Shown here one piece after another: positions 1 through 10,323 of a stretch of DNA of 38,286 nucleotides. Both the position numbers and the translations under genes were made by a program. Below the pieces are notes generated by a model, which saw only the letters and a program-made list of their open reading frames with translations, had not been told where the DNA came from and did no database searches. The DNA is from Circinaria calcarea (lineage: Eukaryota), in NCBI GenBank assembly GCA_051942165.1, contig JAVECS010000031.1:1-38286 (forward strand). Reading direction: 5' to 3'. Position 1 is the first letter of the stretch; each line of letters starts with the position of its first letter.

Positions 1-667
1 TATGCGAAGAAAGACCTCGAAAGTCTATCTGACTGACGTGAAGACCCGAGGCGTGAAAACGATCCCTAAAGGAGCAGCCTTCCGACCGACGCTCATGCAG
101 CTAATGTTATACCAGTTGCTACTCTCCGAACTGGCGACTAATAAAGTTGATGCTGATACCATCTTCAACCGTTACTCGTTGGACTCGAACACCAACTTCA
201 GTGACAGTTTTATTGCTCAGATAGGCAGCCTAAATGAAATCTACTACGACGCCCCATCTGACCTGCCCGAATCCCCAGAACCTCAAGCCTCCGATCAAGA
301 TCCTATTCAAGTCCTCCTTACTCACAATTCTCTCGGCAGTCTCTGGACCTTCATGATCCAAGAATTCCAGCGAACCCTGCCCAACGGTATCGACAGCATC
401 GGAAACGTGCTCAAAGCCGAATATCGTGATCAAACCGACGGGACCATCCTAGGTATCAAGACGTTCTTATACGACCATAATGTGATTAGCGAGTACGTTG
501 ATAACGAACTTAGGTGGTGGAGAGGCGAGCGGGAGGCGCAGGGTGTCATAGTTGAAGAAGCCTATAAGTGTCGCATTTGTGAGTTTGCGGAAGGGTGCAC
601 ATGGCGAAAAGTGAAAATCGAGGAGGCGACGCAGGTACATCGGACGAGATCTCGCAGCGCTGTATGA
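1..667 (+). CDS. EXO5: Exonuclease V (Exo5/Dem1, Fe-S PD-(D/E)XK 5' ssDNA exonuclease), C-terminal part; gene begins upstream of the window
   Basis: Nuclease motif YLTDVKTR, QLMLY motif, and C-terminal WWRGER...EEAYKCRICEFAEGCTWR carrying three Fe-S ligand cysteines. The ATG at 2 is probably internal; stop TGA at 665-667. Confidence 0.88.
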   Translation, partial: MRRKTSKVYLTDVKTRGVKTIPKGAAFRPTLMQLMLYQLLLSELATNKVDADTIFNRYSLDSNTNFSDSFIAQIGSLNEIYYDAPSDLPESPEPQASDQDPIQVLLTHNSLGSLWTFMIQEFQRTLPNGIDSIGNVLKAEYRDQTDGTILGIKTFLYDHNVISEYVDNELRWWRGEREAQGVIVEEAYKCRICEFAEGCTWRKVKIEEATQVHRTRSRSAV

Positions 668-1679
668 CGGCAGATTTGAAGATACAAAATTCCCTGCCGA
701 GGACGAAACGGCTTTTCCCGAAATCGTGGCGATGATTTCCATCCATGCAGGAAACACTCTGGACACCATACCGCACGCGCCTGTGCAGATCGAGTATAAA
801 GGAAGGTAGCGATGTTGGTGTTCATCCAAGGCCTGTATCCGTCTCGAGATTATTTAAAATGTTCTAGGCAGTCTACCATGCAGCCCCCTCCTGATGGTTG
901 GAATGACATAGAAGGAAAGCTTTTTATATAAAATACATCAGGCCCCGCTCGGATATAGACATAATGGTCCTGTCAGTGGGCCTAACGGTTGGACGTCTGA
1001 GAGCAAATGCCAAGGCATTGGGCCTCGAAGCTTGTAGCTATGGGAACAGTCTTGCCTCTTATTATCAAAATTACAAAGGGTGTCGGCTCCGAGCAGTTGT
1101 CTGGATTTTGAGTAGACTGGAGAAGGTTCAGTGCCTTGTGCAGAGTACTGTTCCACGGAACTCGCAGACTTGGGGGTTTGACAAGATTTCTCATCACTGC
1201 TTGACGTACGGAAGGGATCTTGTACTGTGGATAATACCGGTCCTTTGTATAACTACAATGAATGACCAACCAAAGTTCGTACTGTATTGGCCAGCATTGC
1301 ATACAATTCTAGAGTCGGTTATAGGTCGCTGTCGACGTGAACGTATGAATGTACAGCCCACCGATCCAGCAGGAGTCCTCTGAGATTGTAGGATCGATAA
1401 CCCCGACTTAACTCCGCATCACTCACGGAGCTTGTAAATTACATTGGTGTTTGTTTCTGTAGTCCTCCAATCAAATAGTCTCGGAAGTAGGAACAGCCTT
1501 TTCTATACGACGTCGACTTTACCCGGACCTGCTACTTGAAATGACCGAAGTGGTTTTATGCAGCTCGAGCAGATGGCAAATAGTTTAGTCAGAGCTTGTA
1601 TACGTCGTCAGAGCCACTCCTAGGGATGTCAAATTTACAGACATGAGTTTGATAAGTCTAGTAGTGTCTACATCTAGCT

Positions 1680-4295
1680 TCACGACGGAGATCCCAACCC
1701 CCCGGAAAGCTGTCTCAGTACTTCAAGCTTATCCTGTGCAGCTTTAAAGGCAACGTCCGATTCTGGCGACATTCGTGTCTGCCCCAGCCTTTGCCCAAAG
1801 CTGTAATTATGTGGAGGAGCCGGAGGTTGCGAGGGCTGACGGGGAGAAAAGTGCTGCTGTTGTGCAGATTGCGAGAATTGATTGCCAAAAAATGCTGGAT
1901 TGACGTAGGCGCCTGGAGGAATATCCGAAGACTGGGGAGGCGGTTGAAATACCTGGGGCGGCTGCTGCTGCTGGGCATATTGTTGAAACTGGTTGATGGG
2001 GTGATGTCCAGTATGGTTCTGCGGGGTTGAAGGTGGGTACGAATAACTGTATGGAGCTTGGTTGTAGTTCGAAGGGTACTGAGTCTGTTGATATGGTTCG
2101 TAGCCATATGTTTGAAGGGTTTGGTACTGCTGAGGCGAATTGAGAGGGGCTTGGGGATAATGCGCCACAGGAGCCATTGGCAACTGTGGCGGACCCATAC
2201 TGCCGTACGGTGACATTGGTACTGCCAGTGGAAGACTGCTCGTGGGTTTGGGAGGTAAAGAAGGGGACTGGATACTGCTACCTATACGGGTCTGAAAGCC
2301 TCCTCTTTCGGCGCGTCCTCCTTGACCTCCTTGACCTCCTTGACCTCCTTGACGGTCTCCTCGGCCCTTTACTCGGCCTCGCCCACCCCTACTATAGTCA
2401 GTGTGCCCTCTGTGGCCATTCCATCCTCCGCGGCTTGAGGTGCCGCCACTAGGGCGGGAAACTTGGGCCTGACGAGTCTCCAAGGGCGGATTCTGAAGAT
2501 TCATCATCTCATGCAGATTTGTCGGTCGCACAAGGGGCGTATATGGCTCGTCATCTTGCGCCATTTTATCATACTTCATGCTTGCTACCTCTCCATAGTC
2601 CATCTCGACTTCATCCCCATTATGCCTGATATCAGGTTCTAGTGGGCGTGGTCCCCTTGAGCTATCGTTACTCAAAGATCCTCTGCCACCTCGCCTGGCC
2701 TGCTTTTGCATTTTCTTAGTACGCTTGTACTCTGCTTCGGCTTCGTCGTCTGAAAATTCAAGCTCGTCATCTCCGACCTCCTCATCGTAGATGTTCGAGG
2801 CATCAGAGCCTCTGAATGCCTTTAATGGTTGTGTGAATACATATGTAGAATGTGGCTCGACAAAGAAAATGCGTACACCTTTAGTAATTCCAGCTTCAGC
2901 AATCGCAGCCGCGTTGGTAAATCGTACAGAGTAAAGGGGCTGTTGTACTCTACCCAAGATTTCGGCAACGATGCCAATGACAGTCCTGTCTTCTAGACAT
3001 AGAACTGAGCCGGTCTCGAGGACTTGGTATTCTCCAGATATTTTAGCCTTTATAAGGGCAAGATTTTCCACGATGGTTTCCACATTTCCTAGCTCCCCGA
3101 CTTTCATATCTGGTGTTACTGTAACATTTGGCTTCTCCACTACTTCATCAGGTTTCTCGTTCAATGTTCTCAACAGAGCAACTGATGATCCGTTAGCACC
3201 TTTCTTGCCTCTCTCGTCGTCAGAGCCGGCATCTTCTTGCATGAGTCGCCGAGCTTGTTCTTCAGGATCTAACATTTCATAGTCATCATCGCTGTCTTCC
3301 GATGACGAGGAGCTAGACGACAGATCAGAAGATGACGAATGGAGCGGAGAGCAATCGATTTCGAATTCAGCCCCATCATGATTTGTCGCTTCGTTATATT
3401 GGAGTTGCATAGCGTTCAATGTTGAATCCCTGGGGCTGATCTCTGTCATAGTAGCCGTGGAGTCGGCTGTACCAGGTAAGGTTCCCTCTTCAACTATATT
3501 TGTTGGCGCCTCAGCAGTGATAGAGGGTGTCCGTATGTGGGTGGCTTCACCTGGATCCCCATGGAGGAGAGTCTTGATATCTTCATCTCGTGAATTTATA
3601 TCAATGGCCGATGGTAAGTTATTGAGAGTTTCCCTCACCCTAGTAGTGGTGTCACTACCTGTATCATGCAGCAGAGAATGAGTCTCCGTTGCGTCGACGC
3701 TATCATGCACATCGTCGCCGACACGAGGTCTGTCTGAATGTGCGCCTTGGTGGGCGCATTCTAAGGTGGCGGTGGCCGCTGGTCCATGAAGCGTTAACTC
3801 CTGATTCAATAGTACACTGCTGACCCAGCCGGCTTCCTCGGAACTTGTCTGTGAAATCCCGTGCTCAAGATGCGAGAAACTGGTCTCACCTTCGCTGTCT
3901 TCGGGCGTGACGATTGAGGCCTCTTCAACATGCAATACCTGGACGCCATCTAATGATTTGGCTGGTGTAGATTCGGATATCACGCTCTTTATGAGCTCAA
4001 GGGCTGGTTCCCCGCTAATATGACCTTCAGGCTGGTCTGGCAACGAGGCTAGACCCGGGAGGCTGAACTGAAGCTTCTTGGTATTTGGGCTTGCCACATA
4101 CTCGGTGTTATTTGCTGCTTCCACCTTGGATAGAGGGCTTTCCAACGTTCTGGGCTCCTGAGAGGGGAAGTTATAACGGTCCTCCATATTGTCCTCGGGG
4201 CTCGCTGGAGATGCAACTTCGGCAACCGAATCAAGGTCGAGGCGTGCTTTCTTTGCAGGAGGTGTTGCGAATTCTCCTCCCTTGTTCCCATCCAT
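1680..4295 (-). CDS. NAF1: H/ACA snoRNP assembly factor Naf1 (Gar1/Naf1 domain), apparently single exon, 871 aa
   Basis: Core ETGSVLCLEDRTVIGIVAEILGRVQQPLYSVRF...GSDASNIYDEEVGDDELEFSDDEAEAEYKR, preceded by a Ser/acidic tract and followed by RGG and P/Q/Y-rich regions. Confidence 0.92.
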   Translation of the reverse strand: MDGNKGGEFATPPAKKARLDLDSVAEVASPASPEDNMEDRYNFPSQEPRTLESPLSKVEAANNTEYVASPNTKKLQFSLPGLASLPDQPEGHISGEPALELIKSVISESTPAKSLDGVQVLHVEEASIVTPEDSEGETSFSHLEHGISQTSSEEAGWVSSVLLNQELTLHGPAATATLECAHQGAHSDRPRVGDDVHDSVDATETHSLLHDTGSDTTTRVRETLNNLPSAIDINSRDEDIKTLLHGDPGEATHIRTPSITAEAPTNIVEEGTLPGTADSTATMTEISPRDSTLNAMQLQYNEATNHDGAEFEIDCSPLHSSSSDLSSSSSSSEDSDDDYEMLDPEEQARRLMQEDAGSDDERGKKGANGSSVALLRTLNEKPDEVVEKPNVTVTPDMKVGELGNVETIVENLALIKAKISGEYQVLETGSVLCLEDRTVIGIVAEILGRVQQPLYSVRFTNAAAIAEAGITKGVRIFFVEPHSTYVFTQPLKAFRGSDASNIYDEEVGDDELEFSDDEAEAEYKRTKKMQKQARRGGRGSLSNDSSRGPRPLEPDIRHNGDEVEMDYGEVASMKYDKMAQDDEPYTPLVRPTNLHEMMNLQNPPLETRQAQVSRPSGGTSSRGGWNGHRGHTDYSRGGRGRVKGRGDRQGGQGGQGGQGGRAERGGFQTRIGSSIQSPSLPPKPTSSLPLAVPMSPYGSMGPPQLPMAPVAHYPQAPLNSPQQYQTLQTYGYEPYQQTQYPSNYNQAPYSYSYPPSTPQNHTGHHPINQFQQYAQQQQPPQVFQPPPQSSDIPPGAYVNPAFFGNQFSQSAQQQHFSPRQPSQPPAPPHNYSFGQRLGQTRMSPESDVAFKAAQDKLEVLRQLSGGLGSPS
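2317..2352 (-). repeat. Coding tandem repeat (CCTCCTTGA)x4 on +, encoding (QGG)4 within the Naf1 RGG region
   Basis: Four perfect 9-bp units read directly from the sequence. Confidence 0.9.
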
Positions 4296-4635
4296 TGTGG
4301 TTCATTACTATTTGATAACTCCGAGCGTGACTGATGGGTATATTCCGAATATGCGTAGCCGCCCTGTTCAAACGGATTTACTAGAGTTGAAACGACGAAA
4401 AGTGTCAGGACTGTACTGTAATGTCTACAGTGCCTACGCCGAAAACCCGTCGCCCCAAAACTCGTGGTGATGCCAGAACGGCAGCCGAAAATATAAGGTT
4501 GGCACTAGGGTGATCTAATGCAGGGGGTTTGTGATATGATTTTTGTGCACCGTCCGTTCGGTTTCTCCTTTACATTTCCATCTCCATCGTTACTTTGCGT
4601 TGCAACAGAACGTTGTGTTGTGTCCTATCAAAACA
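4296..4635. promoter_or_regulatory. Divergent intergenic region NAF1/ALG9 (probable bidirectional promoter)
   Basis: Head-to-head start codons 340 bp apart; pyrimidine-rich tract upstream of ALG9. Confidence 0.55.
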
Positions 4636-6545
4636 ATGGCACCAAAGAGCTATGAGAATGAGGCCGAGGGCGGAGTGAGCTTCTCGCTCTCAGCTAAACT
4701 TCCCGTGTAAGTCAACCTTGAACTGTGTATCGCCCTTCGTTGGCTCAGTCAATGCTGCTGCAGATCAAAGCACCCATCTGCCAACCAATCCGCCGTTCGG
4801 CCGATTGTTGCTTTCTATACATTCGCCGCTGTCAATGCACTGGCAGTACTCTATGCGCCCATTCAAGACTGTGACGAGGTGTTCAATTACTGGGAGCCGA
4901 CCCATTACCTTAACCGTGGATATGGCCTTCAAACGTGGGAGTACTCGCCCGAATTTTCCATCCGGAGTTGGCTATACATCGTCATACATGCCATTGTCGG
5001 TAAATTCGGTTCCTTGTTTTCGTCGACCAAAAGCTTCGAGTTCTACTTTGTGCGGACTGTGCTGGCATTGACATGTGCCTTTTGTGAATCTCGCCTTTTC
5101 TCTACTATTTCACGGACTTTGAACCCGAGAATCGGCATGATTTTCATGCTCGTGATGGTCTCCAGCCCGGGAATGTTTCATGCCTCGGCAGCCTATCTAC
5201 CGTCAAGCTTTGCAATGTATACGACCATGCTGGGCACCACATCTTTCATGGACTGGCGCGGTGGTTCCAAGACCAATGCGGGAATCATGTGGTTTGGCAT
5301 TGGTGGAATCATCGGCTGGCCATTCGCCAGTGCTTTGGTGCTGCCCTTTCTAGTCGAGGAGCTTCTTCTTGCCTCCATCACAAGAGAGGGTTACGACCTT
5401 GCCCGGAGATTGATCGACGGAACGGTCAGATGCATGATTGTCGTGGTATGGTTCCGAATGACTCTGTGGATTCAATCATTGGCACTGATCGACCTCAACA
5501 GGTATTGCAAGTTGCCATTGACGCCTTCTTCTACCACCAGGCTGTACTCGTGCCCTGGCAGATTATCTACTACAACATCTTCAGCGGTCCAGGGCGCGGT
5601 CCGGATATCTTTGGAACGGAACCCTGTGATTTTTATTTTCGGAACCTGCTGCTGAACTTCAACATCTGGTTCGTGCTCGCTCTGGCCGCCGGACCTTTCC
5701 TAACGTTACAATACATCGCCGGCGCCAAGAATACCACCAAATTCACTCTGCTAAGGAGTGCATTCTTCGTCACCCCTTTTTACATGTGGCTTGCCATCTT
5801 CTCTGCACAGCCCCACAAGGAAGAACGCTTCCTCTATCCTGTCTTCCCATTCCTTGGCATCAACGCGGCAATTGCATTACACATCCTACTGGCTTACATC
5901 GGCTCGTCGGATCCCAGTAGACTGGTCGGTAAGGTTCCAACCAGGGTAAAGCTAGCTCTCGTCAGTCTATCGGTGGTTCTAGCCCTTGATGCGGGAGCAC
6001 TACGGATAGCTGGCATTGTATCTGCCTACCGTGCACCTCTCCAGATCTACTCCGCACTTCACGAACCAGGGCTTGCGAGACCTGGGGAAACGGTCTGTTT
6101 GGGAAAGGAGTGGCACCGTTTCCCCTCGTCCTACTTTCTTCCGAACGGCATGCGGGCTAAGTTCATCAAGAGCGCCTTCGACGGCTTGCTGCCCGGGGAG
6201 TTCAATGAGGCAAAGATCGGATTCGGGTTTTTCCCAGGCACGTGGCTCGTTCCGCCGGGGATGAATGACCAAAACATCGCCGACCCGACCAAGCTTACCG
6301 ACATTGCCCATTGCTCCTTCTTGGTGGATTCGACTCTCCCTGGGTCAGCCGGGTCGGAGCTCGAACCACAGTACCGGCTCGATGAGGAAACGTGGGAGGA
6401 ATTACAGTGCCGACCTTTCCTAGACGCAACGAGAACGAGCGGGCTGGCTCGCATCATCTGGTTGCCGGATGTCGCATGGTTGCCTGAAGCTTATCGACGA
6501 CACTGGGGCTCTTACTGTCTGTTGCGACGGCGTAGGAACCGATAG
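4636..6545 (+). CDS. ALG9: Dol-P-Man alpha-1,2-mannosyltransferase Alg9 (GT22); exons 4636-4706, 4764-5445, 5502-6545
   Basis: Splicing GT..AG introns 4707-4763 and 5446-5501 gives YAPIQDCDEVFNYWEPTHYL, QTWEYSPEFSIRSW, QPHKEERFLYP, CLGKEWHRFPSSYFLP and GMNDQN, all Alg9 hallmarks, with multiple TM segments. Confidence 0.95.
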
Positions 6546-6919
6546 CTACCGACCTCTTTCCCAACGCGGTACTCTCATCCCGGTTATTCCTTCCTCGACT
6601 GTGTTTTGATCCCGTGAATACATTCTTATCGATATCAGCCGCGATAAATTGCCTATTCGCGGCAAAATGTCCATGAGGACCTTGTTGTCCAACGGAATCG
6701 CTCGCTATGATGTTGATTGGAAGTTCCTTCTGAGCCCCCGCATCGTTAGCGGCTTCTGACGTACGGGCCGTGTTATCCGCCACACAAGACATGCACGAAA
6801 TTGACTCCTCAACGGCATCAGACTTATATTCACTTTTGTGTTGCAGATTTACTTTCACTCCATACCGTCCTTCCTGCCGGGCAGTCTTATAGCTTCACAA
6901 CGTCAGCCGCTGGCACGCC

Positions 6920-8279
6920 ATGACAGGCTACATCTACCAGACAGGGAATTTACTTCAGGAGGCACGCTTGTGGTCTGCGGATATGATCGGGAAATGGCCC
7001 ATAGACCGGAAGCTCACCATATATGGTTTATTACTGGTACTGTCTATAACGTGCCTCATCCATACTGCAATCAACAAGCTCAGGAGATCGGAGAGAAGAA
7101 AAGTGAGCTCTCCGGACGTCGAGAAACCCACATCAAGACAAGCAAGCAGCTTCAAGGCTCCCGATAGACCATTGGGGGTATGGCCACCCCATGACTTTCG
7201 ACGTCCCGCCGCACAGCCATATCCAGATTGGGACATACATAAGACGAACCCTCTTCCTTACCGGCCTTTCAAACACGGACCTTACTATATAACAATGGGC
7301 TTGAGGACGATGAAATGGGATGAATGGATAGAGCTAGACAATCAATTCCCCAAGTTTCATGCCGATAAGGCGCAGCGCATCAGAGAACGCGGTGCAAAGT
7401 GCTGTAAAACTGCTCCAGAAGCTTTCGACGGAGCGGTGGAGTTGATAGAGGAATTGTAAGAATAGGTGGCTCTCTTTGCTGACGACAGATAGCTAATCAT
7501 GCCGTTTGTCAAGCTGTGATTATTTACCCCAAAGATATCCTTCGCTGTTTCGCAAAACACTTGTAGGCATGGATAATCTCTACACGGGCGAGAGTTTCAA
7601 CATCGTCGAACGCCCTCTGGCCGAAGATCCGATGCAAATGGCTGCTCGGATGGTCCAGGACGATCTTGCGATTATGTTCGAGAAGCCAGACGGGCAATAT
7701 TACCTTCTTGCTGGCGCCATCCTTCTTGCGGGTTTCTGGCGCCTGGAAGATAAGTTTGGGATGCCTTTGTCGGAGATCCATACCTCAGGTGATGTACCTG
7801 GCTTCAAGGAGAAACTAGAGAAAGGTATGATGAATTTCTTCCGCCGTGTCCAACCGAATGCTCCGGTGCTTCGGAACAATTACTTCTTTCAAGTCGATGA
7901 CAACCTAGCTTGGAGTACCAGTATCGGGCTCGAGGACCAGAAAGGTGGAGGTTGGTTCACAGCGGAGAAAGATAAATCCATTCAACACCACTGGTTTCGG
8001 AGTGAAAGGCAGAGTCTTCGTCGATTACCAAGGTCTGGAGGGGTGGTTTTCACCATCAGAACCTACTTTCACCCTATAACCGAGATCGCCAAACAGCCAT
8101 ATGTACCAGGTCGTCTAGCTAGCGCTGTAAGGAGTTGGGGAGATGACGTGGCCAAGTATAAGGGTAGGGCGATGTATCAGGATGTCTTGCTCAAGTATCT
8201 AGACGAAAAGCACCGGGAGCAGGTCGACGGTGGACTGGATCTCATGACGGAGGATGAGGTTGTCAAATATCCATATTAA
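6920..8279 (+). CDS. DUF3445 / heme-dependent oxidative N-demethylase alpha-subunit-like protein with N-terminal TM anchor; exons 6920-7455, 7514-8279
   Basis: Intron 7456-7513 (GTAAG...GCTAAT...AAG) joins ELIEEF-CDYLPQRYP. Motifs PLPYRPF, ITMGLR, WIELD, VQDDLAIM, FWRLEDKFGMPLSEIH, RNNYFFQ, RSERQSLRRLPRSGGVVFTIRTY. Hydrophobic stretch LTIYGLLLVLSITCLI. Confidence 0.85.
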
Positions 8280-8432
8280 GAACCAAAACATCAAGATGTG
8301 GCGGGAATACTAGATTAGACACCTTGTTTTGTAAAGGACTAGAGGATATTACTGTGACTTGTCAAAAGTGCATGCTCGAGAAACCATTGTCCTTTTCGAA
8401 GAGAATAAGCCTCCAGAGACATTATTTCAACA

Positions 8433-9883
8433 TCATTCTGAACGGAAGAATTGATGCCCGATTACCTGTCTTCGTTAGTCTATACGGTTGACGAATCTGG
8501 CATCATGGATGTCGCTGGATACCTTGGAGGCTTCTAGCCTATCACTGCTCTGGTATCGGATCAACCCGCTGACCAAGTCACGTGCATCATCCGAGGCATC
8601 GGACAACACTTCCGACCACGGCTTCGCCGGATACTTGTAGAATTCCATCTTACCCCAATCCGGAAAACCTCTTGCTTCCTGGCTCAGCACAATGTCAGGT
8701 GTTTATCGCTTCCTTTGATTGACTTTGGATCTTACCGGCCAAGTTTCGTCTGTCGGCGTTCCCAACGTCTTGAAGATCGATTGTATCAATGCAAGCTCAC
8801 TCCCTAATGGGCCAGCATCAAACAGGGCCCTTCTGCCATCCGTCACTGCCTCTGCAACAACGCATCCCGCAGCCCAGAGGTCCAACGAACATCCGTATCC
8901 AGTATGCCCAAAAAGCAATTCAGGAGGTCGATATGATGTGGTGCCCACGTCGGTGATCTTCGCGTCCGTGGGCTCAGAAGCCGCGTCCCCGTCCATCCAG
9001 GCGATGCCGAAGTCTGCAAGGTAAGCCGGACCAGAGAGGGAGGCAAGGAGGATGTTCGAGGGTTTGACGTCTCGATGTATTACCCCCAGCGAATGGAGAT
9101 GGGCCAAGGCCGAGAAGAGATCATGCAGATGAGAGCGAATGTCTGGCGGTTGCAGGATGTGCTGATGGAGAACCTCTTCGAGATCATAGGGCTTGAATGG
9201 GAAGACAAGGATGAACTGATCTCCAGATTGGGTGAAAGTAGACAGAAGGGGGATAATGTGTTCATGCTTGGCTTTGGTTAGGATGCGGGCCTCGCGGTGA
9301 GAGTTGTGGGGTAGGGACATCCGTGAGGGATAAGTGAGCTTGAGAACAACAGCATGACCGCTCTTGGGATTTCGGCATTTGAATATGGTCGAAAAGAGAC
9401 CAGATCGGTGGTAGGTGGCTGATTCATAAGGGCCAATTCGCTGGCCGGGGTCGGAATTAGTAGAGGAGGTGGTCAAACTTTCTGGGCCGGCATCGAGACC
9501 GGTGGCGTTGTTCGACGTCGACTGGATTTTTTTTAACGCTTCTTGCCAGAGCTGGACGTAGGCCTCCTTTTCGCAAAGGTCAACAGATGGCGAGTAATGT
9601 CACTTGTAGTCGAAGAGAAACACACACTTTTGATGATGCCTTACTGAAAGCCGCATTTTCCAACGATATAGCCTTCCCCTGAATTTCACCAAGACTCGAG
9701 TCAGGGAAACCATTCTTGCACGCAGTGGTTCTAGTCACGCATGGGGTATAAGCTACATGGTTCGAATCCGAGGAAAGATATTCGAGGCTCAAGTATCTCG
9801 TTGCTCGAGACGTGCGTGACTAACATTTGCATCGTAGCTTTCATCCTATCGCTAAAGACGGACTGCCATGCCTTTGGCGACAT
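8433..9883 (-). CDS. CMGC Ser/Thr kinase, Csk1/Cak1-like CDK-activating kinase; exons 9883-9825, 9730-9628, 9566-8736, 8678-8523, 8465-8433
   Basis: HRDVKPSN, DFG, DVGTTSYRPPELLFG, DLWAAGCV, LGTPTDETWP, FPDWGKM. Degenerate Gly-loop (RSGLFS) and no PSTAIRE. Four GT..AG introns keep frame to ...VIGHQFFRSE-stop. Confidence 0.8.
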
Positions 9884-10323
9884 AATAGAGGTGAGATTGA
9901 GAGAAGGAAAGGAGAATCAATGGACGGGCATGAGCGGCTCCAGGTATGGGATAGACTCTCCCTACGTGACCCTTGTGATTCGTACTGAGAATAGTATGTC
10001 TTTAGCATTGGATTCTCGTGAAGGATTTGACTACTAAGTATTCCATAGAAATCCCGGGACTTTGATTGTGAATCTGGTAGGTAGACAATGTGCAATATCT
10101 ACCCTCTGATGTGCCTTAAGGCGGCACGACGGCGCTCGGATGCAACGGTACCGTACGGAGCACCTACCCAGTTGCCAGTCTCCCAGTCAGTCAGCAAGCC
10201 ATTATATTCTCTGCACGCTTTGCGGGAGCGCTCCGCTGCATGGATTCCTTTGTCGGCAGCGATCCTCGAACCTTGCCTGATGATGCGCATGGTTGAGGAT
10301 AGTAATTGTTAGATTTTGGCGTG
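9884..10323. promoter_or_regulatory. Divergent intergenic region kinase/SYP1 (probable bidirectional promoter)
   Basis: Head-to-head start codons 440 bp apart. Confidence 0.5.

Noticed and set aside
2317..2352. CRISPR-like or other functional DNA repeat array
   Set aside because: Spacerless 9-bp coding repeat for QGG in a eukaryotic gene.
4636..8279. ALG9-DUF3445 fusion protein
   Set aside because: ALG9 has a normal stop at 6543-6545, and the next gene has its own ATG at 6920 after a non-coding spacer.
9715..9780. tRNA gene suggested by GGTTCGAATCC
   Set aside because: T-stem, D-stem and acceptor stem do not pair, and the region overlaps kinase exon 2; kept only as a possible isolated B-box.
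10145..10158. Overlapping palindromes ACGGTACCGT / CCGTACGG in the kinase/SYP1 promoter
   Set aside because: Short (8-10 bp) palindromes are frequent by chance in 38 kb; no independent support.
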